DNA from: a virus
Virus record (IMG/VR): IMGVR_UViG_3300046168_000050
Direction: 5' to 3' (one strand)
Length of the DNA: 64,000 nt
The position numbers were made by a program, and so were the translations under genes. The notes beneath the pieces were generated by a model that saw only the letters and a program-made list of their open reading frames with translations, ran no database searches and was not told where the DNA came from. This document shows, one piece after another, positions 9,486 through 20,904 of the stretch (positions are counted from its first letter, which is position 1; every line of letters begins with the position of its first letter).

Positions 9486-10238
9486 CTACCCCATAAAGAA
9501 ATCAGCCGGCAATTCATGCTCTAGTCTGATTTTCTCTCTTAATTGAGCTATCTCTTGAGTAGCATCTTCAAATATCTGTCTACCATTTAGCTGCACTCCG
9601 CCCGGAAGTACCATACCTTCAAATTTAATAAGGTTAGATCCCCATTGCTGTTTAATGAGTGCTGTAGTATATTCCTTTAACCACATGTCATTATAAATCG
9701 CAGCATGACTAGAGCCACTTATGATCTGATAACATTCGGCAATCAAATAATCATCTTCTTTAATATCACCATCAGAAAAGTCGCCGTGAATATATAAGCG
9801 GTTCTGGTTACGCACATAGCTGACCTGAGGGTTACCGGTTAACTTCATGTCAAGGACTGACAAATACTGTTGCATTTGTTCATAGTAACCTAAATCGCCA
9901 ATAAAACTGTGAAGATCAGCAATATCATTAAGATGCATCTGATATTTTATATCAAAGAAATTTCTACCGGCACTACCTGATGGAATTCTAAATAATCTTT
10001 GTACTTGAATAATATCTGATGATATATTAATATATTCATTAGTCACATCATCAGCTGTGACTTGATGTTTAAAAAAAGTCCTAAACGTGCCTTCAGAGTG
10101 AAATTCTCTAAAGTATTGCAGCGCCTCATCAAGGCGATCCTCTAATTGATCTGGGTCAACGTTAATTTCAATTACTGGTTCACCCAGCCGGCGAAGACAA
10201 TATTCAATAAGAGTTGCTCTTGAAGTAGGGACAGCCAT
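9486..10238 (-). CDS. gp13: Neck protein gp13
   Basis: YCLRRLGEPVIEINV, WLKEYTTALIKQQWGSNLIKF, LPGGVQLNG. Confidence 0.97.
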   Translation of the reverse strand: MAVPTSRATLIEYCLRRLGEPVIEINVDPDQLEDRLDEALQYFREFHSEGTFRTFFKHQVTADDVTNEYINISSDIIQVQRLFRIPSGSAGRNFFDIKYQMHLNDIADLHSFIGDLGYYEQMQQYLSVLDMKLTGNPQVSYVRNQNRLYIHGDFSDGDIKEDDYLIAECYQIISGSSHAAIYNDMWLKEYTTALIKQQWGSNLIKFEGMVLPGGVQLNGRQIFEDATQEIAQLREKIRLEHELPADFFMG

Positions 10239-10263
10239 ATGATATTCCTAAATTACTTGATAC

Positions 10264-10289
10264 TATTTATAATATTAGCACTATTTATA
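10264..10289 (-). promoter_or_regulatory. Tandem late promoters for gp13 (10264-10271 and 10282-10289)
   Basis: Two TATAAATA copies 18 bp apart, within a duplicated ACTATTTATAATA. Confidence 0.85.
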
Positions 10290-10291
10290 AT

Positions 10292-10320
10292 AAAAAAAAT
10301 GGCAGCCAAAGCCGCCATTT
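10292..10320 (-). terminator. Rho-independent terminator closing the fibre gene cluster
   Basis: Minus strand AAATGGCGGC-TTTG-GCTGCCATTT followed by further Ts. Confidence 0.85.
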
Positions 10321-10339
10321 AAAATAGTGTAAGACAGTT

Positions 10340-10561
10340 TTACTCTCCTGATTCTTCTTCTGGCTTTAGTGACTCTGTAAGAGCAGCGCTAAAGACTCGT
10401 TGAGCGGCCTTTAATTGTTCAGTTTGAAACGAAAGATCGTTAAGTTTATTTGAAATATCTCTTAATTGAGAGATCGCATATTTCTGTTCATTGTTAAGAC
10501 TATCAATTTCATATTCCTTATCGTTTACCACGACTGTAGGAACTTTATTCTCTTCTGTCAT
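10340..10561 (-). CDS. Small coiled-coil protein (resembles DUF6447-type fibre-associated proteins)
   Basis: VVVNDKEYEIDSL followed by a heptad-like helix; SD AGGAGA upstream. Confidence 0.7.
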   Translation of the reverse strand: MTEENKVPTVVVNDKEYEIDSLNNEQKYAISQLRDISNKLNDLSFQTEQLKAAQRVFSAALTESLKPEEESGE

Positions 10562-10612
10562 TATTATCTCCTAGGACATTATATAGTTAATATGGTATAT
10601 ATTATTATTATT

Positions 10613-13600
10613 TTATAGCACTCTTGCTTTTAAATTTGCTGATATCTTTGATGTTAAATCCACTGAGTTTGTAGTAGTAAACTCTACATCGTACTCAGTA
10701 CCATGTATCGCCTGTTTGTACTTTGATGCCGCATTATAATTAATCGTAACACCATCTGATATTGGGCTAGTACCTGAAGTAGCATATGGTGCAATCATCA
10801 AGTCGAGAGTATTAGCACTGTCTTGGCTAAAGTGGTATCCATCAGCTACTGCATCCAACTGAGCTTTATTCATTCTGTTGAATGACTGAGTGCCAAGAGC
10901 TTCTTGAAGAGTTGCGTGCTCATTATTATTGGTACCGTTTACCCAAGTTTCAGATGTTCCGAAACCTGTAGTAGTAGTAGTAAAAGAATTTGCGCCATAA
11001 TTTGATCCGCCAGAAGATTTACTTTTAGTAACATATAATTTCTTTCCGCTGTTTGCCCAACACATTGCAGTGATGGTTGTACTTGATCCACCTAGATCAA
11101 GCCCCGGCTGAAAAGATATATTATTATAAGAAGCTGTGCTTGGATCCCAAGCGGTAGATAAATCATACTCTCTTATATAATAGGTATTTGGAGATCCGTC
11201 ATATAATAGAAGATACATTTTTAAACCATCATCATTAAATAGAATATCTCTTCCAGAGTTACTATTTAAAAACGCAGATGTTACTCCTATATAACTACCT
11301 GTTGTTATATCCCAAGGTGTTGTTAAATTCCAAGAATAGATAGTGGAATTATATCGTAAAATATACACCTTTGAACCATCAGATTTAAAGAAAAGACCAT
11401 ATGATTCATACGTAGGCCCTGCAGAATAATTTTCGGTTGCTGTGTGTGATGCTGTTGATACATCCCATGCAGTACTTAATGCATACTCGCTTATAGTGGC
11501 TGTACTTTGAGGATTTAATACATACATTTTTGTACCATCCGGCTTAAAGAAAAGACCCCAAGGATGTGTAAGCCCAGTCAGTGTATATGAAACATTGTTA
11601 TAAGCACCAGTACTAAGATCGAATGGTGTAGACATATCAAACTGAAACACCTTATCTTCTTGATATCCAGTAATATAAAACTTTGTGCCATCTGAACTAA
11701 CTGCTATACCCTGTTCAGCTTCTTCGCTTGTATCAGCTGTAGTATCGAAATTTTTATTATCATAGGTTTCATTAGCAAGACCGTATCCTACCACACTTCC
11801 GCCATCATTATTATACTGCCAAGTGCCAGAGTTGTTTCGGGCAATCTTTCTTACACCATCTGAACCTTTAGCAACGCTCCAGCTTGTTCGGTTGTCTGTT
11901 GAAACTGCATAGAAGATATCTCCATCGTTTTTGGTTTCGTCAGCTGTCATTGAATTAATATCTAGCCAGGTTGATGAATTGATTTGACCAGAAGAAGAAT
12001 CTGTCAATGCGGGAGAGTATGTAGAGTATGGATGTGTCGCGGAACCAGTTGAAAATTGGTATATTGCTTTTTGATTTGCTGATGTTAAAGATGCACCATT
12101 AGAAGTAGTATAGACAAAAAATCTATTTCCATTATCTGCCCATTGTATTGAATTTGGATTTCTTGCGGTGATGTTATGTGGTGCTCCGGTGGTGCCAGTA
12201 ATTACTGTATCTATATGATGTGTTTGAGATGTTTCTGTCATTGTAGTTATATCAAACGGTGTACTTAAAGTAAAATGTTGTAAATTATCATTAGTTTCAT
12301 TTTCAACTATCATACTCGTTCCATCGGCTGACAGGGCTAAACATTGTAAATAATTACTAGAAAAATTAATATTTGATTGAACACGAGTACCTGCGGTACT
12401 AAGATCCCATGCAGTAGATAAAGGCCAAGAATAAACACTAGGAGTAGTTCCATTTGTGATATATACCATAGTTCCATCATTTTTAAATATTACGCCCGAA
12501 TTTCCAGATGAAAGATTAGTATTTAATGTTTTACTTGACCCACTATAAGTTAAAGTGTCCACCCGAAAAGCATATTGCGGATAATTAGGATCATTATAAA
12601 ATTCTGCCATTGTCGAACTATTGGAATGAACAGTATAGAGTTTCATTCCATCAGTACTCCAAGTGAAACCTGCTATGCGAGTGGAAGGCGCATTAGATAA
12701 ATAGTGACCACCGCTTATAGTATCAGTTAAACTTATAGTACTTAAGTCCCATGCGGTAGATATTGCTCTTTCATATATTTTACCATCATTATGCTGTGTA
12801 TAAAATAACTTAGTTCCATCGGAACTTATAACAAAATCTATGAGAGAAGATATAGAATTAAATGCATCAGTTGTGTGATTTACAACATCAGATAAATTTT
12901 TTCCATAAATTGTCCCATAACTACTGCTAAATCCACTTAGTTCAATACCGGATCCATCAGACTTACCTTGGGCACCAAATAGCTGCCAAGAAGAAATCGC
13001 AGAAGTGTCTGCAAATGCCGTGACTGACTTATATGTTCCTGAAGTACCAGTAATTACAGCTGATCCAGAATTGCCGACTACTTTCTTACCTACGTCTGCA
13101 GCATTAAATGCTGCAGTAGTACCAGTTGTATAGTTGTAAATATAAGTTCCAGACCACCCATATAGTAGAGCCCCATCAGAGCTAAATCTGGTATCTGTGG
13201 TGTGACTTGAATTTCCTTGCCAAGTAAAGGAAGTTCCAGAACTTAAACTTGATAAATCATAACCTGGAGACATAGTAAAATACTTACTAGTTGTACTACC
13301 ATAAGCATCAGAGGCTATTACCAAAGTACCATCAGGGGAAATAGTAACAGCTTGTGTTCGAGATATAAGAGTGCTTGAAGTTGTTCCACTTAGAGATGCA
13401 GTTGTAATATCCCATGCAGTGGTCATAGTAAATTCTCTTAGCACAGCACTTCCAGCAGCACCATCTTGAACTTGATACCCAGTTAACCCGTTAGGTTGAA
13501 TAAACAAACTAGCCATAGTATCCACAAAAATAGCAGAAGAAGCACCATGATAGGATGCGGTACTAAGATCATACGCAGTAGACATCTTCCATTGATAGAT

Positions 13601-14314
13601 TATATCGTTTTGATAGTCTCCAAAATATAAATCATATCCAGAATTAGTTATGTGTAAAGGGCAATAGTGAGCAATAGTACCTACAATTTTACTAGACATA
13701 TCTAATGTATTTGCAGGAGTAGTATTTAGGGTACTTAAATCGTGTGGTGTACTCATAGTATATTGATAAACAGTTTTTGCATATCCGCTTTGAGTTGTGC
13801 CAGATACCATATACACATGATTACCAGTGGGATCAAATTCTACTACCTGCCAAGAACCTCCACTACCTTGACCTGCTATACTTGGAGAAGTAGAATTAAG
13901 ACTAACGGTGCTCGACATTTGATAACCGACTACTATAGCATTACTATTAGTAAAAGTACCATCACCTGTTGCACTAGGGGTTAATGTTGAACTAGCATAG
14001 GTTGAATAGGGTTTCTCATCATAAAAGTCATAATTAGCTCCGTTTGAATTAACATCCCAGGAAGATTTACTGCTAATTCCTATCTGAGGTACTTCTTTGA
14101 ATACTGATACAAAAGGAACCGTGTTGGCTGCAGAGGATAATGATATCGAAGATGTTTGATTTGAGTCAAACGATTGAGTTAGTGTACCTAAAGTACCTTC
14201 TGTGGATATCGTACTAGCCGCTATTTTTCCACTAGCGTTAAATGATAATACCTGACCTTCTGTGCCGTCATCTAAGACGTTTGCTAAGTCACCTAATTTT
14301 CTATTGATACTCAT
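10613..14314 (-). CDS. Large fibre/adhesin with several beta-propeller-like repeat blocks
   Basis: 1233 aa, S/T/G-rich; ~50-aa repeats of F.xDGTKxY...YxLSTAWDxST in three blocks. Confidence 0.8.
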   Translation of the reverse strand: MSINRKLGDLANVLDDGTEGQVLSFNASGKIAASTISTEGTLGTLTQSFDSNQTSSISLSSAANTVPFVSVFKEVPQIGISSKSSWDVNSNGANYDFYDEKPYSTYASSTLTPSATGDGTFTNSNAIVVGYQMSSTVSLNSTSPSIAGQGSGGSWQVVEFDPTGNHVYMVSGTTQSGYAKTVYQYTMSTPHDLSTLNTTPANTLDMSSKIVGTIAHYCPLHITNSGYDLYFGDYQNDIIYQWKMSTAYDLSTASYHGASSAIFVDTMASLFIQPNGLTGYQVQDGAAGSAVLREFTMTTAWDITTASLSGTTSSTLISRTQAVTISPDGTLVIASDAYGSTTSKYFTMSPGYDLSSLSSGTSFTWQGNSSHTTDTRFSSDGALLYGWSGTYIYNYTTGTTAAFNAADVGKKVVGNSGSAVITGTSGTYKSVTAFADTSAISSWQLFGAQGKSDGSGIELSGFSSSYGTIYGKNLSDVVNHTTDAFNSISSLIDFVISSDGTKLFYTQHNDGKIYERAISTAWDLSTISLTDTISGGHYLSNAPSTRIAGFTWSTDGMKLYTVHSNSSTMAEFYNDPNYPQYAFRVDTLTYSGSSKTLNTNLSSGNSGVIFKNDGTMVYITNGTTPSVYSWPLSTAWDLSTAGTRVQSNINFSSNYLQCLALSADGTSMIVENETNDNLQHFTLSTPFDITTMTETSQTHHIDTVITGTTGAPHNITARNPNSIQWADNGNRFFVYTTSNGASLTSANQKAIYQFSTGSATHPYSTYSPALTDSSSGQINSSTWLDINSMTADETKNDGDIFYAVSTDNRTSWSVAKGSDGVRKIARNNSGTWQYNNDGGSVVGYGLANETYDNKNFDTTADTSEEAEQGIAVSSDGTKFYITGYQEDKVFQFDMSTPFDLSTGAYNNVSYTLTGLTHPWGLFFKPDGTKMYVLNPQSTATISEYALSTAWDVSTASHTATENYSAGPTYESYGLFFKSDGSKVYILRYNSTIYSWNLTTPWDITTGSYIGVTSAFLNSNSGRDILFNDDGLKMYLLLYDGSPNTYYIREYDLSTAWDPSTASYNNISFQPGLDLGGSSTTITAMCWANSGKKLYVTKSKSSGGSNYGANSFTTTTTGFGTSETWVNGTNNNEHATLQEALGTQSFNRMNKAQLDAVADGYHFSQDSANTLDLMIAPYATSGTSPISDGVTINYNAASKYKQAIHGTEYDVEFTTTNSVDLTSKISANLKARVL

Positions 14315-14362
14315 TTATTCTACTAAGTCCCAGCTTGTTGTTTCTTCTAATATAGTTTTCAT
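14315..14362 (-). other. 15-codon mini-ORF MKTILEETTSWDLVE (probable deletion remnant or translational coupler)
   Basis: ATG lies 2 nt after the upstream stop and its TAA directly abuts the next ATG; fills the 50-nt gap. Confidence 0.55.
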
Positions 14363-14364
14363 AT

Positions 14365-17300
14365 TTAGCCCTTTACAATCAACTTCGTGGAAGACACTGC
14401 GGTACCAGCAAACACAGAAGGGCTATCAGGTGTGATGCTTAATGTTCCATCGGTTTGAACATAGTAAGCTTTACCCGCCGTTAAGCCTGACTGAGCATCA
14501 TCCACAGAGCCAACGATTTGAATTGTGGCATCCGCAGAATCTAAGTAAGCACCATCTGAAATGCCTATATAATTAGTAGATGTTAGATTAGTTACGGATC
14601 CCCCGGCGTTTTGAAATACAATCGCTGTACCATACTGATTATTGTCATTATTTTCATAAGCAATAACCATCTTTTTATTAAAGGAATCATAAGATACCCA
14701 AGGACCTACAGCAAAATCAGTATCAAAAACAGTAGCGGTACCGAAAGTTATTGAGCTAGCACCAACTGAACCGTTAATCAAAGTACCGGCATTAGAATTG
14801 CTAGCATCAAAAAACGAAATTGTTATTTTTTCAGCATTAGCATCATAAGCAGCATTGTAATTTTTGCCGTTACCGTTATGGAAAACTACCGGAGATGAAA
14901 GGGTAATTGACGTTCCGCTAACTGTGCCAATTCGATAAGTACCTTTACCTGAGTTATTAGCATCACGGTATATAACAACCATCTTCTGTGCATTTGCTGC
15001 GTATACAATCGCATTCTCATAAGTATAATTACTTGTAGTTGCAGCCGAACCAAAAGTTATTGAAGTACCACTTATTGTACCTACTTTAGCGGTACAGTTA
15101 TTGTTATTACCAACATCAAGGAAAAAGACAACAATTTTCTGAGCGTTTTCATCATAAGCAAGTTCTGGCGCCTGTATGTATGAACTTTGAAATACAGCAT
15201 GACTCCCAAAACTAATGGAAGTTCCAGTTACAGTGCCTACAACAGCGCCTCCATAATTATTATTACCAATATCGCGATAAGTAAATACTACTTTTTGGGC
15301 ATTTGCATCGTAAACTACATTGACATCATATGGATTTGGCCCAGTTAACGTAGAAGCAGTTCCAAAACTAATTGAATTTGAACTAACCGTTCCCACAATG
15401 GCTGTTAATTTGGCATTGATGCTGTCTCGATATCCTATGACTACCTTTTGAGCATTTGCATCGTAAGTAGTGCATGTATAATCAGTACTTTGGCCCGACA
15501 GATTGTTGTTAAAAACAACTGGTGTTCCAAAGGTAATTGACGTTCCACTAACTTCACCGACAACAGCCGTTCCACGATAAGAATTTCCTCCGTCGGCATA
15601 GCATATAACTATGCGATTTGCATTAACATCATAGGTTGACGCAAACTGGGAAATCTCTGCACTTTCAAATATAGTAGGGCTACCTATACTTTCCGTAGGA
15701 GTGGTTTCAGAGACTACACTTACAGTACCATCGGAATTAATAACAACTAAATTACCATTTGCTAATGCGCCAGATGCAATTGCATTTAAGGTACTAACGC
15801 TAACAGCAGGAGTTCTTGCTGCAACGTAGTCAGAATCTATCAAATTAATTGTTGCAGCTGAGTCTAATCCTAGAGTTGCCTCTGTTACAATTCCGTGATC
15901 GACAACTTCAATTCTATCGCTGTCTACGATGTTATTTATAAATGTAATTGAGCTACCACTATCTACTGTTGTATAATCATCACCACTTAATAATTTAATG
16001 CCGTTAAGATATACTGCTTCTTTACCTGGAGTATATGTTAAACTAGATACAATATTACCAGATACATTACCGCTTACACCCTTTGTATAGTTAGTAGCGC
16101 TGTAAGGAGTAGCGAATGCTACACCATGCTCAATAACTTCTACAACATCATTAAGAGTCGCTCCAGTGGCTAATACTACTGATGTACCATTAGTTGCAGT
16201 ATAGTCATCAGCTGATAGCTTAGCTCCATTCAAGAATACAGTAATATGACCTGCAGTATAATTAAGAGGAAATGCGGTCTGGCCAGCGGTTGCTGTAAAT
16301 TTAGTTTCAGTAAGAGGATCTTGAGCTGATCTCAAAGGTCCACCAAAGTTAATAATCTCAACATGATCATTTAAAGCTAGTGCATTTGTCATTACTACTG
16401 ATGTACCATCAGTCGCTGTAAAATCTGTACGTTTTACGCCGTTAACAAACACACCAATCTTACCTGCTGTATATGCAGGAAGTGCAGGAGAACTAGAAGC
16501 ATTAAATGTTGTTAACCCAGCTGTTGCAGTGTAGATAGTAGTTGAATAATCTTCTACATAAGAAGCAGCAACATTAACACTGCCGCCGCCGGTAATATTA
16601 ATAGTTTTAGTAGCACCGGACCCAGATGCAGTTACAGCAGATCCAGTAAAGTTAAGAGTAGTAGCTGCTGTTGAGAGGGATGAGCCTTCATCTTGAATTG
16701 TAAGAGCACTACCGCCACCTCCACCTCCGCCAGAATTAGCTTCTCTCAAAGCAACATAAGCAGAATCAACTGTTGAAGTAATAAGAGCAATAGTAGAAGC
16801 AGAATCTGTACCAGCAGTGGTTCTGGCTTGAACATAAGCAGAATCAACTAGAGTAGTAACTCTTGCGTTCGTATAGTAAAGGTTAGAAGAGTCTTCGCTT
16901 AAATCACTTGTAGTAAAACCAGTTAAGTTTCTAGCATTAGTCTGCACAGAGCTGCCCATATTAGCATGCGCAGAACATTGATAATGCAGTACCAAAGGAG
17001 TAGCATCTGTAATAGTAATATCCGTATAAGCGCCGGCGTTACCAGCAGTACCTGATGCTGTTACATTAGTAGTATATGCGGTATTCTTACCTACGTCATA
17101 ATAGAACCTTAAAGGATGACCACTGTTTGTGGCACTAGCTTGGTCAAATCTGTATGTACGACCAGGAGTAAGAGTTAAGAATGGCGCTTCTACTCCATCT
17201 ATAACAAAACCATTACTAGACCCCGTTCCGTTATATCTATGAGCTGCAGTCTTAGACGCTACAGTAACAGTAAATACTTTTGTAGTGGTAGAGTGGGGGG

Positions 17301-18298
17301 AATTAAGATGACTAAATCCTTTTACTGCTCCTAATGCAGCAGAGTCTGCAGTGAGTGTAGTAGCAGTCAAATTACCTTCAAGCATACCGGCAACAAATGT
17401 CTCAGATCCAACTGTCCATTTATCAGTAGTTTCGTTCCAGACAAGAGTTTTATTAGCTGATGTTCCTCTTTCAATCTCAATGCCAGCATCTTGAGAAGGG
17501 GTGCCAGACTCGTCATGGTTAAGAGTGATAATGTTATCGCCAATATGAACTGTATTAGAATTTACTGTAGTTGTAGTTCCTGATACTGTAAGGTTCCCAC
17601 TGACAATCATATTGTTAAATGTAACGTTATCGCTTGTAGCTACTGACTGACCTATAGATATTTGACCAGAAGATACTGTTATCCCAGTACCAGCAGTAAA
17701 ATGAGCTCTTACTTCTGCAGCACTAGGTCCTGTATAAGTTAAGATACCATTACTATTGTTGTAGGCTAAAGATCCATCACCACCCGCATCAGTAACAGAT
17801 ATTAATCCTCTCGCCGCAGCAGAGTCAACAAAGTCAGTCCCTAGTGTTGGAAGAGTTGGAGTATTGGTAAAGTTAGAGTAATTAAGATAATATGAACCAG
17901 CGTTGCCTGCCTAGTGTATCTGCATCGATAGTTAGTGCATTAATAAAGGCTGCATCAACATCTGCCGTAATAACAGATGATACATTTGTGGAGTCAAGTA
18001 TATTAGGTTTATTGCCGAGGTTGTTATAGTTAAGATAGTAAGCGCTATTCTGTCCCCCAAGAGTGTCTGCATCGATAGTTAGTGCATTAATAAAGGCTGC
18101 ATCAACATCTGAAGTGATAATAGCAGAAACTGCGGCAGAATCTGTTCCAGTGGCTGGAGCATTAGCAAGGTTGTTATAGTCTAAATAATAGCTACTATCT
18201 TTACCGCCCAGCTTAATTGCATCTACACCTGAGTCGGTTAGATCACCGGATGCTAGTACCTTAGCTAAAAATCCTGATAAATTACGTGCCTGACTCAT
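14365..18298 (-). CDS. Mosaic tail fibre (~1310 aa), interrupted by one extra base near 17905-17910 (joins ORFs 17882..18298 and 14365..17610)
   Basis: Span 3934 nt is 3n+1. Removing one base gives TLGGNAGSYYLNYSNFTNTPTLPTLGTDFVDSA..., collinear with paralog 26050..28539. Contains DS repeats, a cupredoxin-like domain, three TATAG/LNG/DYTAT modules and VGTVSGTSISFG propeller repeats. Confidence 0.85.
17919..18111. repeat. 46-bp exact direct repeat (17919-17964 and 18066-18111), 147-bp (49-aa) period
   Basis: TCTGCATCGATAGTTAGTGCATTAATAAAGGCTGCATCAACATCTG twice; encodes DVDAAFINALTIDAD. Confidence 0.9.
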
Positions 18299-18327
18299 CT
18301 TGAACTTTCTTTAGTTTTAATTTATAG

Positions 18328-18335
18328 TATTTATA
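18328..18335 (-). promoter_or_regulatory. T4-type late promoter
   Basis: TATAAATA 30 nt upstream of ATG 18298. Confidence 0.8.
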
Positions 18336-18343
18336 AGAGAAGA

Positions 18344-20860
18344 TTAACCTTCTAATGAAGCTGTTGGTGGTGTGAAGTTTGCGGTGTATCTTGCTAGACC
18401 TTTGGTAACTCTTAGGTCTTGGATATAGCCATTAAATCCATAGTTTCCTGATGCTGTAGCTCCAATAGTATTATCAGTAGCTGTACCCCATTCCGTATTG
18501 TCAGTTTCCTGGTTACCTTGCGAACCATTGATATAACACTTACATTGGTTACTATATATACCTGTTCTTACAAAAGCAACGTGTACCCAATTTCCTGCTG
18601 TAGGCATATTAGCATAACACGTGCTACCCATAGTGTTAGTGTCTCCATCACTATTACCAGAGTCAATTTGTCCTCCGCCCAACTTAACAGCGTATTTATT
18701 CCCTGCACTGGTGCTAGACCCAAAAATATGATACCTGCTTGAATATGAAGGGTAGCTTGCTGTATATATCCAAAACTCTACAGTGTACGGATCGTAACCA
18801 AACGCAAATAAATCATCTGGTAAATTAGTAATATAATCACCCGTTCCATCAAAATACATTGACTTAGTATTACTAAACTTGGCCTGAGTAGTTGAACCAG
18901 TAGTATTGCCAACCAGTTTTAGATTAGAACTTTGAGATTTATCTATGATAGAGGCGTCTGTGCCTTTGACGTGTAGCTCTGCACCTGATGAAGATCGTGA
19001 CGAAGTAGGAACTGTAGATGATCCGCTTGGCGTTCCCGTCTGCACTAAAAAATCTGAAATGTAGCCCGTCCAATCCAAATTATTAGTCCAAGACGATCCT
19101 AAATTGCCAATTGTAAGATCAGTATTTGGAGCTGAGTAACCTGATAACGATTTTGAAGATTCTTCAACTCCGTTTATAAACATCTTTGCAGTACTTGACG
19201 TGACTTGTAGCTCGACAAAATACCAAACATTTCTAAGTGCAAAAACCCCAGTATCCGTATCTCCGCTATCGACAGAATATTTAATTGGAGTGTTAGTACC
19301 CCCGTAAAGAAAAATACCTACTCTGCCGCCACTACCAGCACCTTGTCCAAAAACGGCTCCGATTTCGTCGGTACTTGATCTAGTAGAATAGAACCAGCAA
19401 CTAACTGTAAAATTTGTTGATCCACTAGGTATTTTACCCGCAGAAGTTTCTAATCTATCATCAGTACCATCAAAATATACAGACCCACCGTCATCTGTTG
19501 CTGAGTATTCGGTGTAGTCGTATGGAGAGAGTGGTGCAGTTTTTATTGTGCCACTTATTGATGGATATGAATTGCTGGCTACCGAAGATGTTGAATAAGA
19601 TAGATACGGTAAATGACAACTTAAAAAAGTTGTATTACTATCGGTTGCAAGCTTTTCGCTTACGCTTGAAGAACTTTGTGCATTTGTAGAAATCCGTAAA
19701 TCCCTAAGATACCCACCAAAGTAATCACTGGAATCGACACGCCCTATGATATAATTAGACGTAGAACTTACGTTTGAACTGTTTGACCAACTTCCTACGG
19801 ACGAACCGTTTACATATATTGTTACAGTGCCAGAACTTCTTATAATTTGAACCCATTTCCATTGATTAACATCAATATTTGCACCCGAAGTAGTGTAAAT
19901 AGTTCCTGACCAAATAAGAGTTAATTCTGTGTCACCAGAGCGACTACTTAAACTAAAAGTTCCAGAAGAATTATAAGCCCCTCTTGAGATAATTCCGTTC
20001 CAAGCTTGGCTATCAATTTTACACCAAAACTCAATACTGCAATCACCTGATCCAATTGGTGGCATCGAAGCTATTTCTAACTTTGAACTAGCTGACCTAG
20101 AAAAAGATGTTGCATAACCGCCGCTGCGATACGGGCTAAACGTACCAGCGTGAGCATCACCATTTACAGTAATAGTATGATTATTTGAAGATGCATCCGT
20201 AATGTTATTGTTATCAGAAGTTCCATCTGCGGTAGCTAATAGAGTAGTGTAATTACTATTAGTAATTGTTGTAATAAAATTTAATGTAAAGCTATTAGCA
20301 CTGGTACCTTGGTTAATACCATCGCTAGCTGTAAAGGTTAGCTCAAAGGTTCCTGCATACGCTTCTGTGGATGATGGAGTAATAGTAAATTTATTTACAT
20401 CAGAATCAGTACCTTGTGCTACAGTCGCGGTTGTACCACCACCGTTAGTCAAGCTTCCGCTCGTTACGCTATAGCCATATGTTAATGGCACATCTTCTGG
20501 ATCTGATGCAGTAATAGTAATAACAGTTCCTGTTCCGTCTGTAGCAAGAGTAAACGGAGTAGATCCTCCATCAGAGTCCTGTACTGAAGTAATAGAAGGA
20601 TTAGTATTTACTAGGCTTACCGAATACCATCCTGTACCGTTGCTCACATACATTCTGTTTGACCCGGTAACAAATGCTTGATCTCCTGCAGATACTCCTG
20701 ATAATGGAAGATCTGTAGTAGAGTCATAAGTAGTAATAGAACTACCTCCAGCTGAAGAAGCTCTAGCCCAAGCACCAGATGTACTATTATAAGTCCATGT
20801 ATTACCACCTAGAGTAGCACTCTGACCATTTGTTGGACTGTCTGGAAAATTTATTGCCAT
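18344..20860 (-). CDS. Fibre/adhesin with an Ig/cadherin-like domain and three LamG/ConA-like lectin domains
   Basis: MAINFPDSP N-terminus; DPED...ASDGI domain; three copies of the F(T/S)(V/I)EFW...W.H...Y(I/V)NG...GYIxDLR pattern; ends ARYTANFTPPT. Confidence 0.85.
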   Translation of the reverse strand: MAINFPDSPTNGQSATLGGNTWTYNSTSGAWARASSAGGSSITTYDSTTDLPLSGVSAGDQAFVTGSNRMYVSNGTGWYSVSLVNTNPSITSVQDSDGGSTPFTLATDGTGTVITITASDPEDVPLTYGYSVTSGSLTNGGGTTATVAQGTDSDVNKFTITPSSTEAYAGTFELTFTASDGINQGTSANSFTLNFITTITNSNYTTLLATADGTSDNNNITDASSNNHTITVNGDAHAGTFSPYRSGGYATSFSRSASSKLEIASMPPIGSGDCSIEFWCKIDSQAWNGIISRGAYNSSGTFSLSSRSGDTELTLIWSGTIYTTSGANIDVNQWKWVQIIRSSGTVTIYVNGSSVGSWSNSSNVSSTSNYIIGRVDSSDYFGGYLRDLRISTNAQSSSSVSEKLATDSNTTFLSCHLPYLSYSTSSVASNSYPSISGTIKTAPLSPYDYTEYSATDDGGSVYFDGTDDRLETSAGKIPSGSTNFTVSCWFYSTRSSTDEIGAVFGQGAGSGGRVGIFLYGGTNTPIKYSVDSGDTDTGVFALRNVWYFVELQVTSSTAKMFINGVEESSKSLSGYSAPNTDLTIGNLGSSWTNNLDWTGYISDFLVQTGTPSGSSTVPTSSRSSSGAELHVKGTDASIIDKSQSSNLKLVGNTTGSTTQAKFSNTKSMYFDGTGDYITNLPDDLFAFGYDPYTVEFWIYTASYPSYSSRYHIFGSSTSAGNKYAVKLGGGQIDSGNSDGDTNTMGSTCYANMPTAGNWVHVAFVRTGIYSNQCKCYINGSQGNQETDNTEWGTATDNTIGATASGNYGFNGYIQDLRVTKGLARYTANFTPPTASLEG

Positions 20861-20904
20861 TTGTTATGCCTTAATTTAGTTTTAAAAGGTGTGTCGCTCA
20901 TAAA

